Shown piece after piece: positions 60,451-64,000 of a DNA stretch of 64,000 nt. The DNA is from the human T2T-CHM13v2.0 reference genome, Homo sapiens: NCBI RefSeq assembly GCF_009914755.1, contig NC_060947.1; one strand, given 5' to 3'. A program made the translations under genes and the position numbers. Within the stretch, counting starts at the first letter, position 1. Every line of letters starts with the position of its first letter. The notes beneath the pieces were generated by a model that was given only the letters and a program-made list of their open reading frames with translations, searched no databases and was not told where the DNA came from.

Positions 60451-61079
60451 GTTTTTACTCCTCCAATGCTAGGCAGGTCCTATGCCCACAAACTCAGCAG
60501 GAAGCAGTTACAGAATACAGACTTCTGCCCTTCTTCACCTCCCTTAAGATTAAGGAGGGGTATCTATTGTCTGAGTAGGGAATGAGATAGGAGGCAAGAC
60601 TCAACTCTAGAGGTGGGGCTCAGACACTGGACCAAATGGAGGACTAGCTAAAACAGAAATGGTGCAGAAGAAGCTTTCTGTAATACACACTCACTAGTGT
60701 GCCATGTCAGTTTACCATTGCCATGGCAACACCTGGGAGTTACTGTCACTTTCCATGGCAATGACCTGATGACTCAAAAGTTATCATCATTTTCCTAGAA
60801 ATTTCTGCATAAACTACCCCTTAATGTATCTTTAATTAATAATAGGTATAAATATGACTGCAAAACTGCCCTGAGCTGCTATTCTCAGCACACTGCCTGT
60901 GGGGTAGCCCTCCTCTGTAGGAGCAGTAACAGAGCTGTAACATGGCTGGAACTATAACACTACTGCTTCAATAAAGATGTTCTTCTACCCTAACAACAGA
61001 TCACCACTGAATCATTTCTTGGAAATCCAAGAATCGTCATAGGCTAAGCCCCAATTTGGAGCTCACCTGTTCTGCATCA

Positions 61080-62190
61080 AGAGGGGCTAGAAGTAGTGAT
61101 AGTCTCAATAGCAAGCACATTTATGGCATAGATTATGGTTTTGAAAGATATTCTCCAATAAATGACTGACTGGTTGATTCTGGGGCTGGAGAAGGAAAAA
61201 CAGAAAATGGGCACCTGATGCATCTTGTGGTGATGAATGTAAAAAGAAATGCTCAACAACAACAACAACAACAAAAGGATGGGTCAGGAATGTTGAAAGG
61301 TCACAAGGACCAATCTGAAAGAGATTCTAATGGCCAAAGTTGGAACAATTTGAGCGACAAACAAAATAAAGGTAAAATATGACTAATACCCAAAGAATAT
61401 AATAAATATCTATTAGTCTGTTTTTATAAACAGATAATAAAATAAATGGAGGTGTAAAAACAACTGTTTCTTATAAATAATTCCAATTAATAAATATAAG
61501 AAGGAGTGAGGAATTAGAAAATCACCATTAGAATATTACAGTATGAATTACTGTAGGCAAAATCAACCGAAGAATGCTAATATTAGTGTGCAAATTTTAA
61601 GCAGAAATAGAATATTGCATACTTTATTTCCCCCAAATATTTAGTAACTACAAAGAGAAAAAATTACAGTGGGTAATAGTCATGGACACCACCTTATCCA
61701 GATGATGAAGATTATCACCCATAATACATATCAAGATGACATACCCATTGATATAAACACAGAGAAGGGCAGATAAACACTGTAACCTTTCCTGTATAAT
61801 GCACCTCAGTCTAATCATGAGAAAACATCCAAAGAGCCTCAATTGAAGGGTATTAACCAAAATCACTAGCTAGTACTGTTCAAAAACCTCAAGATCAAAA
61901 AAGACCAGAAAAGACTTAAGAACTGTCATAATTAAAGGAAACTAAGAAGACATGAGATACTATAACATGAGATAATGGATTAGATCTGGAACAGAAAAAA
62001 GGACGATAGTAACAAAACTAGTGAGATCTTAATAAATTCTTATCAAGTTAATTTAGTCAATAGTATTATACCAAGGTTTATAACCAAAATGTAAAAAGTA
62101 AAAATAAGGGAAAGCTCAGTGAAGACCAAAAACACTCTATTATTTTAACAATTATTTTGTAAGTCCAAAGTTATCTAAAAATAAGAAGTT
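61080..62190 (+). mobile_element. L1MC-type 3' UTR hosting the provirus (left part at 49630-49811)
   Basis: CTAATGGCCAAAGTTGGAACAATTTGAGC and CTAATCATGAGAAAACATC motifs. Confidence 0.7.
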
Positions 62191-62192
62191 TA

Positions 62193-62575
62193 TGCTATGG
62201 TTTGGATATGATTTGTTTGGCCCTACCGAGTCTCATTTTGAAATGTAATCCCAGTGTTGGATGTGGCGCCTGGTGGGAAGTGTGTGGGTCATGAGGGCAG
62301 ATTTCTTATGAATAGCTTGGTGCCATTCTTGTGGGTGTGAGTGAGTGCTCACTCTTTGTTCCCATGAGAACTGGTTGTTGAAAAGAGCCTGGCACCTACT
62401 CTGCTTTCTCTCCTGGTTCCCCTCTCTCCATGTGATTTCTGTACATGCAGCTTCCCTTTGCCTTCCACCATGAGTGGAAGCAGCCTGAAGCTCTCTCCAG
62501 CAGTAGATACTGGTGCTATGCTTCTTGTATAGCCTGCAGAACTGTTTGCCAAATAAAACTTTTTTTCATAAAATA
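62193..62575 (+). mobile_element. MSTB-like MaLR LTR, 3'-truncated
   Basis: TGCTATGGTTTGGATATG..CTTCTTGTATAGCCTGCAGAACTG..CCAAATAAAACT. Confidence 0.85.
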
Positions 62576-63035
62576 GGTAGCACCAGATATTTAGCACAGA
62601 CCTAAAATAGTTTAAACCATGAAAAAATCTTAAAAAGGAGTGCCTAGGTAAAAAATGACAAGAATTTTGAATTTTTGCCATAATAATAATTTGTTATAAA
62701 CAGTTATTTGTTATAAATAATGTTAGCACAAACTTACCAAAAATCAAATATAAATTTGGCAATTTTATTTTTCCATCCTTTTACTTTCAACCTAAGTTTT
62801 ATCTAAAGTGAGTTTCTTTTATAGAGCATGCAGTCGTATCATATTTTTTAATCCATTCTGCCAATCTCTGTTTTTTATTGGTATTTTTAGACTAATTACA
62901 TTTAAGATTATTGTTTTTATGCTAGGGCAGAAACTGGTTATATATTTTTATTTTTTTTATTTGTTTCTTTTATTTTCTTTCCTCTGTTTATTACATTCCT
63001 GTGAGTTACTTGGAACATTTTTAGAATCCTATCTT

Positions 63036-63266
63036 TTTTTTTCTTTCCAACTTTTAAGTTCAGGGGTACATGTGCAGGATGTTCAGGTTTGTTACACAGA
63101 TAAATGTGTACCACGGTGGTTTGCTGCACAGATCATCCCATCACCCAGGTACTAAGCCAGGCATCTATTATCTATTCTTCCTAATGCTCTCCCCCTTCTT
63201 ACCCCCGACCCCATGACAGGTCCCAGTGTGTGTTGTTCCACCCTATGTGTCCATGTGTTCTTATCA
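63036..63266 (-). mobile_element. Short L1PA 3' end inserted in an old L1M
   Basis: 14-bp TSD TAGAATCC(T/C)ATCTT (63022-63035 and 63267-63280). Confidence 0.85.
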
Positions 63267-63833
63267 TAGAATCCCATCTTGACATGTATAGTGCTTTTGA
63301 CTATATTGCTCTATATTATATTCTTGGTGGTTGCTCTAGGTATTGCAACATGCATACCTAAGTTATCAGAGTCCACTGGCAGCAACTTTGAGTCTAGGGT
63401 AAAAACTTTCTAGCACTTAGGTCCCATTTCCCTCCCCACTTTATAAATATAATTGTCTTATGTTTTTCTCTATATACACTGAGCACTACATTCAGATAGT
63501 ATTGTAATTTTTCATTTAATTATCAAGTGATCTAAGAAACTCATGACAATTAGTAAAGTTATTGTATTTATCCCATTTTTTTGCCCATTCTGATGTCCCT
63601 TGATTTTGGAACTTTTAAACCTTATTATCTTGTCATTTTCATTTCTTAACAATAATCTTAGCTATTTTAAATATTTCATATCTACAAAAAATTGCAAGAA
63701 TCAAACTATGAGCACTCATACTGTTCTATGCTCACCGATTTTCAACATTCTGTTATATTCACAATTTCATTTTCTCTCTGTGTGCATACACAGAGCAGTG
63801 CATGTGTGCTTGTGTGTGTGTGTGCACTTTTAA

Positions 63834-64000
<167 letters not shown>

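Larger units (their letters stand above)
49812..61079 (+). mobile_element. MER66-type ERV1 provirus (truncated 5' LTR 49812-50014; complete 3' LTR 60583-61079)
   Basis: Matching R/U5 of both LTRs (..GGCTAAGCCCCAATTTGG..TGCATCA); PBS at ~50018; purine tract before 60583; gag, pro, pol and env motifs. Confidence 0.88.

Overview
Primate (human-like) AT-rich genomic DNA that is almost entirely transposable-element derived. By my rough sum about half is LINE-1, alongside ERV1/ERVL/MaLR LTRs, Alus, L2/MIR and hAT MITEs. I see no host protein-coding exon, tRNA, rRNA or CRISPR that I can support; nearly all listed ORFs are L1, ERV or Alu fragments. Main landmarks: (1) a full-length but disabled ~6.17 kb L1PA3-like element (29546-35720, minus) whose antisense ORF0 reads through into flanking DNA; (2) a decayed MER66-type ERV1 provirus (49812-61079) with gag, pro-pol and an ERVV-like env, carrying three nested younger insertions; (3) a deleted MLT2/ERVL provirus containing a chimeric L1. 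Broken repeats reveal two structural rearrangements: a ~1.39 kb inversion (11130-12521) and an old ~0.9 kb inverted duplication (20375-21265 versus 29311-36325). I found no evidence of a new biological system; the best findings concern genome evolution and possible regulation. All repeat family names are recognised from memory of consensus sequences, not from a database search.
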